Assembly: GCF_009914755.1 (NCBI RefSeq)
Contig: NC_060931.1
Length of the DNA stretch: 64,000 nt
Strand: one strand, 5' to 3'
Source: the human T2T-CHM13v2.0 reference genome, Homo sapiens
Shown: positions 1 to 14,652 of the stretch, piece after piece
Layout: each line of letters opens with the position of its first letter
How positions within the stretch are numbered: the stretch's first letter is position 1
Translations under genes and position numbers: made by a program
The notes under the pieces: model-generated
Databases searched by the model: none
What the model was told of the DNA's origin: nothing
Seen by the model: the letters and a program-made list of their open reading frames with translations, nothing else

Positions 1-270
<270 letters not shown>

Positions 271-3200
271 TACATCTTTGAGGTCCAACCTCACTTCACC
301 TGTCTCACCTGGTTATATATGTTATCTACATAGCTAGTCACTGCAAAAAAAGCTTATTTCCCTATTTCATAGGTATGTAGTAATGAAAAAGTATTCAGAA
401 AGGTCATTGTACTTCAAAGTTGCTTAACACAATTAAACTTTGTGATGGTTTTCACCATGGAAATATTTGGGATGCACACATATAATTATGTTGTTAGTAT
501 ATTACTTATTTTCTATAAAAGTTGGCTGACACATATAAATAGATATTCTAAGCTCCTAGGATTTTTAAATATAATCAAAATATTGACTGTTCCTAACATG
601 CTATAAAGTATGCAAATATTTTAAAATCAATAGAGAGTTTTTATAATTTATTTATTGAAAGACATTGAATTTAAATAATAGTGTGAAAGTATAAAAGGTA
701 AATTCCATGAGGTCAACCTATACTTAATAAAATTATTTTTACATATATATTGATTTTTACTAATTTAGTAATCTAAGTAAACCCATACTCTCAGCTCAAC
801 ATTTTAGCTATTTCTAAAAATAGACATGCAGAAAATCACTTTTCCATGAGTTCAAATTCCAGTTTGAACTATGTTAAGAGCTTTTCCCTAATTCATGTTG
901 ACTGACTATTTGAATGGACATTTTCTAATTGTTTTGTATCTTTTAACTGTTGCACATGATTTCAGAGTACAAATCTCAAAAGAGATTTCACATCTGTTCT
1001 CTGTTCTTTCACTGGTCTTGGCCACACAGATCACATTATAACAATCCCTGCCCCCAAAACGTACATCAGGGATGTTGCTATTTCATTTGTAAGGTTTTAG
1101 GTGAGCCACTCTTACATCATCCAGGTTTGCCTTAGCTGGTTACGTAAGAGGCCACATGGTGAACATAATCCAAGCTTTAAATACTTCAAACTGTAAGAAT
1201 AAATAATTGTTTCTAAGTGAATGACAGAAGTTGGTTTTTTTCTCTCTCTCAATCTATCTTTCTCTCCAGGAATTCCCAATCAAAATGCAATGGTTTCATT
1301 TTCTTTAATTCATCAGTTAGGTCATTTTTGGGTCTGTCTATAAATTTCAATGTAGGGTTACTGCTTACAGAGTTGAGCTTCTAAATGGAAATATTTTTAT
1401 AAGCAGGTTGACCACCCTAACTGATAATTCAATTTAAATGCCATACCCTAAACAATCATCAAATGAATTCAAGTCAGGGAAAAAGTCCAGATGCTCCAGG
1501 AAGCACTGGGGGATCTCTCTCATAACTAACATTTGAACCCATACCTCAAATTTTCAACGGAAGCATGGCTTTGCCTAGAAGTTCCTGTTACCACAACAAT
1601 CATCTAGTAAAACATTTTTCATAAAATACTTTTCAGTAAAAAAATAAACAAGTAAGACTATATGAATCTTATATCTATGTCTCAGAAAGGCAAGCACTTC
1701 TAATAACATCGAGGCTACACTCAGATCCACACATATGATTATTTGACTGATGTTATCATTCAAATAGTCCAAATAAACACTAGCCGCCCGCCCCCCCCCC
1801 CAAAAAAAAAGCTTGTTGCTTTATTTATTTTGCTATAAAAGTTTCACTTAACTTCTACGTGTTTGCTTACATGGACCCCTCAGAGGTTGTCAAAATTAAG
1901 GTATTTGGGATCAGGGCTGGGGTAGTGCACATTCTGTCAGCTTTAATTATAATTTTTGAAACACGCCAAACTCTTTTGTAAACCTCTTTGTTCTTTTTCT
2001 TGCATAGGTTCTTGGCTACTTAAATGTAAGCTGCATTAACTAACTGAATCATTCCCATGTCATCAATGTATATAATTTGTACCCCTTTTCTCAATTTTCA
2101 TTTGCCTTGTTGTAGAGATTTTTAAAGACATTATTTTCCTGAAATTTTATTCCAAGTGTTTACTAAAATCCTAATTGCAAATGCAACCTTCTTTATAATT
2201 TATACAACTGCTTTACCATTACAATATTTACGCAATCTAATATACCCAAGATTATTTTATCTTGGTTTTACGTATATGTATGTATATATACACACACATA
2301 CAAACACATATGCACATAGGTATTTAATGATTTTATGGATTATATAGATTATCTTAGAGCTTTCTATAATGATCTTATAAATATATATTCAGTTGAGAAG
2401 AAGTTTAATATAAGTCATTCAAAACTTAGGATCTATTGTAGTGCCTTACACACATTCTTTGACAGTAAAAAATCAATATAAAAAAATTTCATTCCCTAGC
2501 GCCATACCATTGTTGAACTTGTTTTTTCTTTGTACATTTTAGCTAATTACATAAGAATTTTAACTTCACTGATTTCATAAACTTTCACATTACATATTGT
2601 ATAGTGCATATAAATAATGTATTGGTTAAATTTAAAAGAACTTTTGTGTACACAACTTTCCACTTGGAATTGTAAATGGTTTCATTCCTCCTATTCCATA
2701 CTATGCTACTGCCACCATGTGGAATAGTCAATGAACTAAATTCCAGATGCTAAAGTCCACAGAGATGATTGATACCCTGCTTCTTCAGATGTTTTTTTTT
2801 TTACTTCTTTAAACTTACAGTTCTTGTTTAACCTTAATTTTGGAGTTATAGAAAAATAAAGTGATTCCTTGAAATATGTACAATTTAAAACTTAAGGTAA
2901 ATTACCTTCTCAAAGATGTGTATTTGTACAGTTCTTTTAAGCACATTTGCATGATCTTACATAAAAACAAAATGACATACAAAAATAACTCAAAATGCTT
3001 AACTAGTAGTCACACAAGCTAAATATTTCATCTTAACTCTCACTCAAGCAAATCACTTACATTAGAGGAGGTCTACATCCAGGCTAAGGCGACTTTTGTG
3101 GAGAAAAAATTCCTTTACTCATGCCTAGTAGTATATTTATAATCACAACACTAGGTTCATATAACAAATGCACATGAAAACTTTTCTGTTGTGAGTAAAA

Positions 3201-3881
3201 TGTTCCTAGAAAAGTAGCTAATTGTTTCTCAACATATATGATTTTATGTAGGCTCATCTTTCAAAATGTTTGCTTCTATGAAATTTTCATCATAGAGTCA
3301 CACAAGACATATACAGTAACAGATGGCTTTGACAAATATTTTTCATAATGCTGGAGTACAGGTCTTCAACAGAAATACTGTGGGAAGCTAGTATTGAATA
3401 AACGTTGGATTGGGCTTTAAAAGTTCCAAGATTATACAATTTAGCTTCTATTGTAGTGTCTTACTCATAAATGAAAACAAATGTTTGTTAAAAACAAGTG
3501 AATAGATGCTTGAGTGGTTTCTACTTCTTACCAGAGGGTAAGAAGACTTTGGTGTTATCCAACATATCAATAAGTTCATTACAGTATGTGGTAAGAGCAG
3601 GACCAAAACTGGGCTATTAGTGTCTTGCATTTTGCAATTTGGGCTGTTTCACTATACTTACATCATCATACATTCTTAATCTTTTTATTTAATATTAAAT
3701 AAGCAGACATCCTTACTGGAGGTAAACAACTTTTTAGGCAAAATATACTTAGTACACTTATTTATGTACTATATTATTCCTTGAAAATAAAAAAAATTCT
3801 TATAATTCTGGATTCACACATAGTTATATAATTGTAAAAGCAATAGTAATTTGGGGAGCAGACTTAATAAAATTGAACTTA

Positions 3882-4197
<316 letters not shown>

Positions 4198-4221
4198 AAT
4201 TAACTTAAAAATTAAATTCGT

Positions 4222-4527
<306 letters not shown>

Positions 4528-5489
4528 TTAAATTCCTATGGCTTTTTCATAGTTATAAACTTACATAATTTTACTTTTAGTTGTTTCAAAACTATTTTTC
4601 TTCTGAAAGGAACATTATAATTCCAATAATTAAATTTGGTATTACAGCTCTGGCCTACTTGATTTGAGAAGACTTTTAAGTAAGAGCAGTTTTGGCTATT
4701 TACAATGTATTACTGATTTGTTCCTTATATCCCACTGATTTGTAACTTTATCCTACAGTTCTGACTTCTGCTAATCTGTTTTTGTTTTGTTTTGTTTGAA
4801 AACTAAAATACTTGTCTTCAATTAAGAGTTTTCCAAAGCCACAGGGTCAACCTATTTTAAAAAGCCATAGGAATTTGTTTCCCAGCAGAACCCAGTTACT
4901 GGAAACTGTCACCTCAACAATTATCAGTTACCCAGAGTTCAACTTTAATTTACAATAGGCAAATCTCCAAAGAATAATGGAAATTAGTCTATGAAGAAAG
5001 CCAATAAAAATAAAATAAAAACTTCAGCCTTCGAATCATGTTAGAAAAATGAAGTCAGAAATAGGTTATATTAATCTACTCTGTGTACTAAAATTTTTGG
5101 CATTAAGCCTATGAAAATACTAGATTGGATGGAATATTTTAGGGTAAAATTCTAATGTGGTTTCCATAATTCACAAATACATCAGAATCCAGAGCATTTG
5201 ACTAGCCTATATCTCCAGTTTTATAGCATTATGTAATAAATAAAAGTGTCCAAATTCACCTTTCACACTTTATTTTATAAAGCCCAAGGATCTGAAAGTT
5301 ACTTGCAGCCTGCAAAGTTTTGGTGATCCACCTTAGCCTGTGAAAGCTGTAAGGAGCAGATCCCTGTGGGGAAGTCTTGCTGTCTGACTTGAAGGCAGGC
5401 TCCTGGGTGGGCAAATTATGATTAGCATAGCCACAGAGCTGCTCAGAGAAAGACACAGACAAATGGCCAGTCAGGCGCATTCTGCATGA

Positions 5490-5620
5490 GGTTACGGAAT
5501 TCAGACTGTAGATTACCATCTTGACTCTGCCACTTAGTAGCCACATGACTTTCAGCAAGTTACTTTACTTTTCTGATTTTGCTTTTCTTATTTCCAAAAT
5601 GGGGGTGATGGTGATGATGA
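5490..5620 (+). mobile_element. MIR
   Basis: Core ctctgccacttagtagccacatgactttcagcaagttac...aaaatgggg. Confidence 0.75.
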
Positions 5621-7403
5621 TATTATTATTATATAATATGATTATTCCAGTTGTAAGTGAAAAGTAAATATAAGGCATTAATATATGGAAATTGTAAGCT
5701 CTGTAAGTATTAGCTATGGTAATGAAGATGATGATGAAGACAACAATGTCTTTTATAGTCAAACTATTAGTATTAAATGATGTAATATTTTCCATTAGTG
5801 GGTCTTTAGCCTTTTATGCCTCAAGAGGAACCTAAAATAACTCAAAATAACACCTTCCTAGATGAGCAAATTTGGTGAGCTTTATCATACTTAGCAACAA
5901 ACTCTAATGAAAAAGGGTATTTTCTAAATGCCATTATGTCCACATAAGATATATCTATACGAAATTTCCTGTATTTATTGCAAATTTACAGATATGACCA
6001 ACATATGTGCTAGAGTGTCTGACGGAGAGAAGAATTTAATCGATGTCTGTTGAATTCGCTCAAGTAAATAAAACAGAAAAACTGTTTTATAAACGGCAAC
6101 AAAGTGCAGTAGTCATGTAAGTTTTGCACACACATTCACAAAGAACCAAGCTAGTGTTTCTCTTGTGTGTCTTACCTGTGGGTGTATGACATATTTTCAT
6201 ACTATGATATTTTTAATTCACTAGCAACTATAATGAATCATCCTAATAACATCAGATTATAAGGAAGTAATCTGAAGTTTCCTTTTTCTCTATATGCATT
6301 TAGTACTAGATAAAGGAAGAATAAGCTACGGGCCCACTGAATTTCCAAGCAACTTGCAGTTCTGCAAAGAGTATTATCAGCTGAGAGGTCAGAATATAAG
6401 CTGTATGGTGATTTATTTCAGATGTTTCTCTTGGGAAATGTCAAATACTTCACTGACACTGATAATGAGAATGCTCATGAAAAACTATGTGTTAGACTGA
6501 TTAGAGTGAAGGGAAAGGTGCCATCACTACATTTTTTATATAAACGGAAGTGTTCCCTACTTATAAGATGACATATATAAGAACATCTATAACAGTTTTA
6601 TTCCACATTCCAAATTTAGGAAAATAATGTTGTTTTTAATGATTTCCTTCTAAAAGAACAAAGCTATTTAATTTTTCTAACATTTATGAATTTTGTATAG
6701 ATTAGGAGCATATTTATTGCCTATGTACTGATATGACCAACATATCTGCTAGTAATGAGCACCTACCATGCATCAAGTACTGTGCCATCCTTTAAGAATT
6801 AATTCATTGGTATGTTTACAAATGTATACAACTACTTCGTGGAGTTTATATTAGAGAGGAAGGCTCCAGATAAAAAGCAAAGAAAGCATTAAAATAATTA
6901 AAAAATGGTAATCTGAGGGAAAGAAGACCAGGAAGAAAGAGGGTGCTGAAATAGAGAATGATAAAGGGGATGTCTGGGGAAAGAGACAACTGTAGAAAGG
7001 TTGACTGGGGGAAAATCCCTCTGATAAGATATACTGTGAGCAGAGTTCTTAATCAGAGAAGAGAGCAGCAGAAAAACCAGCAAAAAGTGCCTTTCTGGCA
7101 TAACATTTTAACACAAACAATGGGCAATCTCAATTCTAGGTAGTAAATTTTACTTGGAATTTCAAGTGCCATTTCTGTGCTATAAAGTTTACATCATATC
7201 ATATACTCTGTGCATAAAGTAATACTTAACCTCATTTTTCATTCAGTTTGTTTTAGATATTAAAAGGACTTTGTAAAATGCATTAAAGTCATATTATTCA
7301 AAGCTGAAGATGTGCCTGGTAAAATATTCCTTAGTTTGAGGGACTGACAACACTAATTTTACTCTATGAGAAACAAGTGTAAATAAATGTTATCAGAGAC
7401 AAG

Positions 7404-7404
<1 letters not shown>

Positions 7405-7442
<38 letters not shown>
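7405..7442. repeat. (CA)n microsatellite, ~19 units
   Basis: Uninterrupted AC run. Confidence 0.97.
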
Positions 7443-7446
<4 letters not shown>

Positions 7447-8819
7447 ATAAAACTTATCTTTTAAATTGATGATCGCTCTACTAGCTGGGCATATTACATT
7501 GTAGTTATTGTTTTCAGCTTCACAGTAACTCCAGAATAAATACTTGGTTTTTATGAACAAAGGTAGAGCCCTATTCTAAAGCTAAAAATTTAAGAAGCTG
7601 TTGAAAGCATCAAAATATCTGAAACAAAAGTTTTTAGAAGCAATCCATGTGTTAAATAGAATTAAATGCTACAAGTTAAATGTCTTTCATTATCATATAT
7701 TTGAACATTTCCTCCAAAGGCTTTACTTTTGCATGAAGAAGCCAAGCAGAGACATTAGATATGCAATAAATTATTTTCCATGGATTATTTTCCTTACTAT
7801 CTGTTGAAAAACTGACAATGTTCACTCTAACTACATAAAACACATCTGCATATTCAGATATTTGTAACTTGGTTTAGATTTTACAAACTATTGACCATTT
7901 CTAGTTTGGATCTGAGAGCAAAATAGAAAAGACTTTCTCAATCATTTTTTAAAGTGAATTCTTTAAAATAAGTACGTTAAGAATAATGCATTCTCAAAAA
8001 TGGATTTATTGTCAAGTGATTATAACTTTAGATGTGCATTCTTTATTTTGAAAGTTATTTCATATCATATGCTTTTTTCTCATTTGTTCTCATTCAATTT
8101 ACTAGTTATTTTGAAATTTTTATTAATTTGAATGTTTTTTCATTTTTTAAATTAATTCTGAGAATTAAAGAATCAGAGAACTATTTCCTTACTGGCTAGG
8201 CAATCTTAAGTATGTATTGCTAAGCAGTCCCTTGGCTATTCTATGGAAAATAAAATAATTTTGCTAGCCCTGGAAATTATCTTTCAACTCTGTGTCTGGT
8301 TTTACTTTCCTTTATTCATTTGTTTGGACTACGGGATAGAGTTCATTTTAGTTTTGGCACTATTTTTAAGGAGGTCTCATGTACATGGGTGAGCCCTAAG
8401 GAATGGCAATGCTGCAGGTAAAGATTATAAAGCAAATGTATTTTAATTTGGAACAGCTGTGTGAGGAGATTAACATGGATCCTGTTTTAAAGCTATACCT
8501 ATCTATAATCAGGTAGATTAATTCCCAAGAGTAGCACATTTCACAAAAGAACTCAAACATTTTGTTCTAATTCTCAAACCTTTTGGCCTCATTAAATTGT
8601 GCTGTGTATCTCCTGCAGCCTCATTCATCAGCTCTCCAATTGTAACTCATCAGGCCTACCTGGATTGCTCTGAAAGATTTCTGATTCATCTAGATGAAAT
8701 ATGAATGTAAATGAAGCATTCTGCAGCCACATTAGTATTAAACAAGAGGCTTGGGGGAAAACAAAGAGTTAGGTTTTTTTTTTTAAGCTCACCAAACTTT
8801 CTTTCAAGATGTTGTAATT

Positions 8820-11540
8820 TTTCTGTATTTCTAAATTTTATTACATTATGGTAAGAACTACCATCCTATGGTGAGATCTACCATCCTAACACACATTTAA
8901 ATGTACAATGTATTACGGCTGATTCTAAGTACAATGTTTACAGCAGATCTCTGGAGCTTATTCATCTTGCTTAACTGAAACTTTATGTCCACTGATTAGT
9001 AACTCCCCATTTCTCCCTTCTCCCCACTTCAGGCAACCACTATTTCACTCTTCGAATCTATGAAATTGACCATTTTTGATATCTCATGTAAGTGGAATCA
9101 TGCAATATTTTTTGATTGGTTTATTTCACTTGGTACAATGTCTTCAAGGTTCATCCAGGTTTGCACATATTGAGAATTTCCTTTTATTTATGCTGAGTAG
9201 CATTGCATTGTATGTATATACCACATTTTCTTTATCTATTCATCTGTCAAGGAACATTAAGGTTGTTTCCACATCTAGGCTATTTTGAATAGTGCTGTAA
9301 TGAATATAGAAGTACTCTTCAAGATCCTAACTTCAGTTTTTTTTTTGGATAAGTATCCAGAAGTAGGCTTTCTGGATGCTATGGTAGTTATATTTTTAAT
9401 TCTTTGAGGGACCTCCATATTATTTTCCGTGGGTGCTGCACAATTTTGCCTTCTCATCAACATTGTGCAAGGATTCCACCTTCTCCACATCCTCCCCAAC
9501 ACTTGTCTTTTGTTTCTTTGATGACAGCAATCCTGACAGGTAAGAGATGATATCTCATTTTGGTTTTGATTTATATTTCCCTGATGACCAGTAATGTACA
9601 TTTTTTCATGTAGCTATTGGCTACCTCTATGTCTTTTCTCCAAAAACATCAAGTACTTAGCTCATTTTTCAATTGGGTTATTAGAGATGTTTTGCTCTTG
9701 AGTTGTAGGAGTTATTTTCATATTTTGTATACTAACCCCTTATCAAATATATGGCTTGTAAATATTTTCCCAATTCCAAAAGTTGTCTTTATAGCTCTGT
9801 TGATTGTTTCCTTTTCTGTGGACAAGAGTTTTAGCTTGATGTAGTCTCACTTATTTTTGGATTTATTACCTATGTTTTTAGTGCTGTATCCATGAAATCA
9901 TTACCAAAATAAATGAATGCCATGAAGCTTTCTCCCTGTTCTCTTTCAGGAGTTTTAACATTTTAGGTCTTAAATTTTAGATTTTAATCCATTTTGAGTT
10001 GTTCTTTGTGTATGGTGTCAGATAAGGATCCAATTTCATCTTTATTTGCATGTCAATATTCAGTTTTCCAACACCATTTGTTGCACAATGGGGAAACCAT
10101 TATGTATTGTTTGCACCCTTATAGAGGATCAGTTGGCCATATATCCATGGAGTTATTTCTGGGATCTCTATTCTGTTCCAAAGGTCTAAATGTCTGTCTT
10201 TATGCTAGTGCCCTACTGTTTTGATTACCAGAAGCTTTGTAATACATTTTGATATTAGGAGGTGTGATGCCTCCAGCTTTAGTCTTGTTTTGTTCAAGAT
10301 TTCTTTGGCTATTTTGTGGTCTTTTGTAGTTTTATATGTATTTTAGAATTCTTTTCTATTTTTATTAAAAATGCCATTGGGATTTTGATGGAGGTTGCAG
10401 TGAAACTGTAGATCACTTTGGGTACTATGGAAATTTTAACAATATTAAGTCTTCCAATCCATTAACATGAGATGTCTTTCCATTGGTGTCTTCTTTAATT
10501 TCTTTCATCACAGTGTTACAGTTTTCAGTATATAAAACTCCTTTGTTAAGTTCGCCTCCTTTGTTAAGTTTATTCCTAACTGTAGTATTCTTTTCGGGTC
10601 TATTGTAAATGAGATTGTTTTCCTCATTTTCCTTTCAGGTAGTTAGTTGTTAGAGTATAGAAACACAACTGATTTTTCAAATGTTGATGTTGTCTCCTGC
10701 AATGTTACTGAATTTTGTTTATTTGTTCTAATGAGCTTTTTGAAGTCCTTTAGTGTCTTCTATATTTAGATCATGTCATCTGCAAAAGGAGACTATTTAT
10801 TTCTGCTACTAATTTCTAGTTTCACTCCACTGTGGTCAGTAAGGAGACTGGGTATGATTTCAATCTGAATTTGTTAAGAATTTGTTGTGACCTAACGTAT
10901 GATCTATCCTGAAGAATGTTCCATATGCACTTGAGAAAAATGTGTATTATTTCTATTGGGTCAAATGTTCTCTATCTGTTTAAGTCTATTTGGTTATAGT
11001 GTTGTTCAAGTCCTCTGTTTCCAGATTGATCATCTGTCTGGCTGTTCTATCCATCACTGAAAGTGAGGTATTCAAGCTTTCTAGTATTATTGTATTGCTG
11101 CCTATTTGCCCCTTCAGTGCTGTCCATGTTTGCTTTATATATTTAGATGTTCTGATGTTGGGTGCATACATCTTTGTTATATATTATTGCTGGATTGATG
11201 CTTTTATTATATAACATCCTTCTTTGTCTCGTGTCAGTTTTTTTTTTTTTTTTACTTAAAGCCTGTTTTGTCTGATATAAATGTAGCTATCCATACTTTC
11301 TTTTGGTTATCATTTGCATGGAATAACTTTTTTCATCCCTTCACTTTTAGCCTATGTGTGTCCTTAAATCTAAAGTGAACTTCTGATAGGCAGCATATAG
11401 TGTGGTTTTGTTTTTTATCCATTCAGCCACTCTGTGTCTTTTGACTGGGGAGTTTAATTCATTTACATTTAAAATTATTATTGATAAGACAAAATTTATT
11501 AATGTCATTTTGTTATTTTCTGTCTTATTTTTCTTTTGTA
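8820..11540 (-). mobile_element. Old L1 (L1MA/MB type) with an internal ORF2 deletion near 10800
   Basis: L1MA-type 3'UTR (cagcagatctctggagcttattcatc). ORF 10986..11171 YAPNIRTSKYIKQ...LNTSLSVMDR resembles the ORF2 endonuclease. Sequence jumps from late ORF2 to the EN region at ~10800. Confidence 0.88.
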
Positions 11541-12139
11541 TTTTCTTTCTTCCTTTATGTTTGTCATTTTGATATTTTAAAGTTACATGTGAACTTATTT
11601 AAAAAAAGTTTTTTTAAAAAGTTGCATTCAAACATAGAATTTTTAAGAGTACTGAGCATTTATATTTTACTAAATCTATCGAATTTCATTTTTACACATT
11701 GGCCATTTGAAAGATAGTATTTCTGTGGAAAGTGAAATGCTGAGTTGATAAACGTATTATGTAACATTAATTTTGTGGCTCTGGAATTAGTACTGCATGC
11801 ACAACTTTAGATAACAATAAACAATTATCTTTGTTATTAATATCTGTGGGCTGCAGATCGCTCACACAGGGTGGGTGTGTGTACAGCAGGCAATAAAGTT
11901 AGAACATGTTCCTCAATTCATCCACACACATTTGAAGCCGTATTTGAAGATGGTGAAAAATATATAATGTACATATGTACACTATTTTATGTATATAAGC
12001 ACTCTACACATACACATATGTCCTGGGCATAAACAATTACTACACAAATGCTGTTGTTTTAATAAAATACAGGTATACTCAAAAGTATAACTGAATTAAA
12101 GGTGGTTGTCTGCTATCATTTATACTCATTATTAGTGGA

Positions 12140-12482
12140 CACAGAACATGCAAATACTTGTTTTCATTTATTTGTGGGATCTAAAGATCAAAGTAATTGA
12201 ACTTCAGGAGATAGAGAAGAGAATAGTGGTTATCAGAGGCTGAGAAGGGTATGCTGGGGGTTTGTAGGGAGGTGGAGATGATTAATGGGTACAAAAAAAT
12301 AGAATGAAAAAGACCTAGTTCTTGACAGCACAAGAGGGATATAGTAAATAATAATGGTACATTTAAAAATAATGAAAATGTATAATTGGGTTCTTTGTAA
12401 TGCAAAGGATAAATGCTTAAGGGGATGGGTACTCAATTTTCCATGATGTAATGTGATTGCATGCCTGTACCTAAATATCTCA
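12140..12482 (+). mobile_element. L1MA 3'UTR fragment
   Basis: atttgtgggatctaaa...gaatagtggttatcagaggctg...catgcctgtacctaaatatctc. Confidence 0.8.
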
Positions 12483-12798
12483 AATTCCAAGATGAACGTT
12501 TTATTCATTTAACATGGCCTTCTCACATTAGAAAATGTGGGATGTCATTTAACTTCACAGTGCATATGAAATGTGGGACAGCAATGTTTCCAGAAATTAA
12601 TACCTACTTGTCAAATTCAGAAACGTGTTCCATCTCTCTCTCAATCCCTCCTCTTTTCAAGATCTCTATCAATTAGCCTTTCTCAGTTTTGTATCTATAA
12701 GCTTTCCTTGTCTGAGTATCCTTTCATTCATCTTTAGCCTATAATAATGTATAAGGTCTTCTATTGTAAAATAATATGCATATAATCATATGTGTGTA

Positions 12799-14652
12799 CA
12801 GGTATATCTCATTTTATCATGGTTCTTTGTTGCATTTTTTACAGATTGGAGGTTTGTGGCAACCCTGTATCAAGTAAGTCCACTGTTGCCATTTTTCCAA
12901 CAGCACACGCTAACTTCATGTCTCTGTCACAGTTTAGTAATTCTTAGAATAGTTTAATCTTTTTCATTATTATTACATCTGTTATAGTGATCATTATATC
13001 TGATACAGTGAATATAGTGATATCATACTGTTATATTCAGTGGTCCCTGAAGCTGGCAGAGGTTGGCTCATGAGGTGTAAGGAAAAAAGGCATCTCTATA
13101 ACATAAAAGTGCAAGGTGAAGCAGCAAGTGCTGATGTAGAAGCTGCAGCAAGTTATCCAGAAGATGTAGCTAAGATCACTGGTGAAGGCCACTATAATAA
13201 ACAACAGATTTTCAATGTAGAGAAAACAGCCTTGTATTTGAAGACAATTTTATCTAGGACTTTCATAGCTAAAAAGGAGAAGTTATTGCCTGCTTCAAAG
13301 CTTCAAAGGACAGGCTGACTTTCTTCTTAGTAGCTAATGCACTTGGTGACTTTAAGTGGAAGCCAGTGCTCTTTTACCATTCCAAAAATCTCAGGGTCCT
13401 TAAGAATTATGCTAAATCTACTCTGCTTATGCTCTGCAAATGAACCAACAAAGCCTGGATGACAGCCCATCTGTTTACAGCATGGTTTACTGAATATTTT
13501 GAGCCCACTATTGAAACATATGTTAAAAAAAAATTATTGCTCACTGACAATGTAGGTAGTCGCCCAAGAGCTCTGATGGAGATTTACAAGGAGATTAATG
13601 TGTTTTCATGCCTGCTAACACAACTTGCATTTTGTAGCACATGGATCAAGAACTAATTGTGACTTTCAAGTCTTATTAATTATTTAAGAAACACATTTGG
13701 TAAGACTATAGCTGCTATAAATTGTGATTCCTCTTACTGATCTGGGAAAACCGAACTGAAAACCTTCTAGAAAGATCCACAATTCTATATACCATTACAA
13801 ACATTCGTGATTCATGGGAAAAGACAAAAATATCGACATTATCGGGAATTTGGAAGAAGTTGATTTCAACCCTTGTGGATGGCTTTGAGGGGTTCTAGCA
13901 TTCAGTGGAGGATGTAACAGCAGATGTGGATGTGGTGGAAACAGCAAGAGAACTAGAAGTGGACACTGAAGATGGGCTGAACTGCTACAATCTCATGATA
14001 AAACTTGAACAAATGAGGAGTTGCTTCTTACGGATGAGCAAAGAAAGTGGTTTCTTGAGATGGAATCTACTCCTGGTAAAGATGTTGTGAACATTCTTCA
14101 AGTGACCCAAAGGATATAGAATATTAGATGAACTTATTTGATAAAGCAGTGCCAGGGTTTGAGAGAAATGACTCCAAGTTTTAAAAGTTCTGTGTGGGTA
14201 AAATGCTATCAAATAGCACTGCATACTACAGAGAAATCTTTTGTGAAAGGAAGAGTCAGTCAATGCAGCCAGCTTCATTGTTGTCCTATTTTAAGAAATT
14301 GCCATAGCCATCCAACCCTCAGCAACCACCACTTTAATCAGTCAGCAGCCATCAACATTAAGGCAAGACCCTCCACCAGCAAAAATACAAAGACTTGCTG
14401 AAGTCTTAGATGATCGTTAGTGTTTGTTATACATTTTGTGAATTAAAGAATAGAGTATTCTTTAATTAAGGTATGTACTTTTTTTAGACAAAGTGCTATC
14501 ACACAATTAAGAGACTACAGTATATAGTAAACATAACTTTTATACACAATGGGAAAACAAAAAACTTGTGTGACTCACTTAATTGCAATTTTCACTCTAT
14601 TGTGGTTGTGGTGATCTGGAACCAAACCCTCAGCATCTTTGAGGTATGCCTG
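12799..14652 (+). mobile_element. Tigger1 (pogo/TcMar) DNA transposon, internally deleted
   Basis: TIRs caggtatatctc / gaggtatgcctg after TA. Transposase remnants ASRGW-like, [46 protein letters not shown]. Confidence 0.93.

Noticed and set aside
3055-3130. Possible extra exon ending at AAT|gtaagt
   Set aside because: The acceptor lacks a pyrimidine tract and no frame resembles the next expected peptide (VRVFTFSVGQH), which I did not find in the window.
8847-8886. 20-bp tandem duplication (also an 18-bp one near 10537)
   Set aside because: Local slippage inside an old L1; no functional indication.
13040-14401. Transposase-like ORFs as a domesticated gene
   Set aside because: Frameshifts, stops and an internal deletion; an ordinary Tigger1 fossil.
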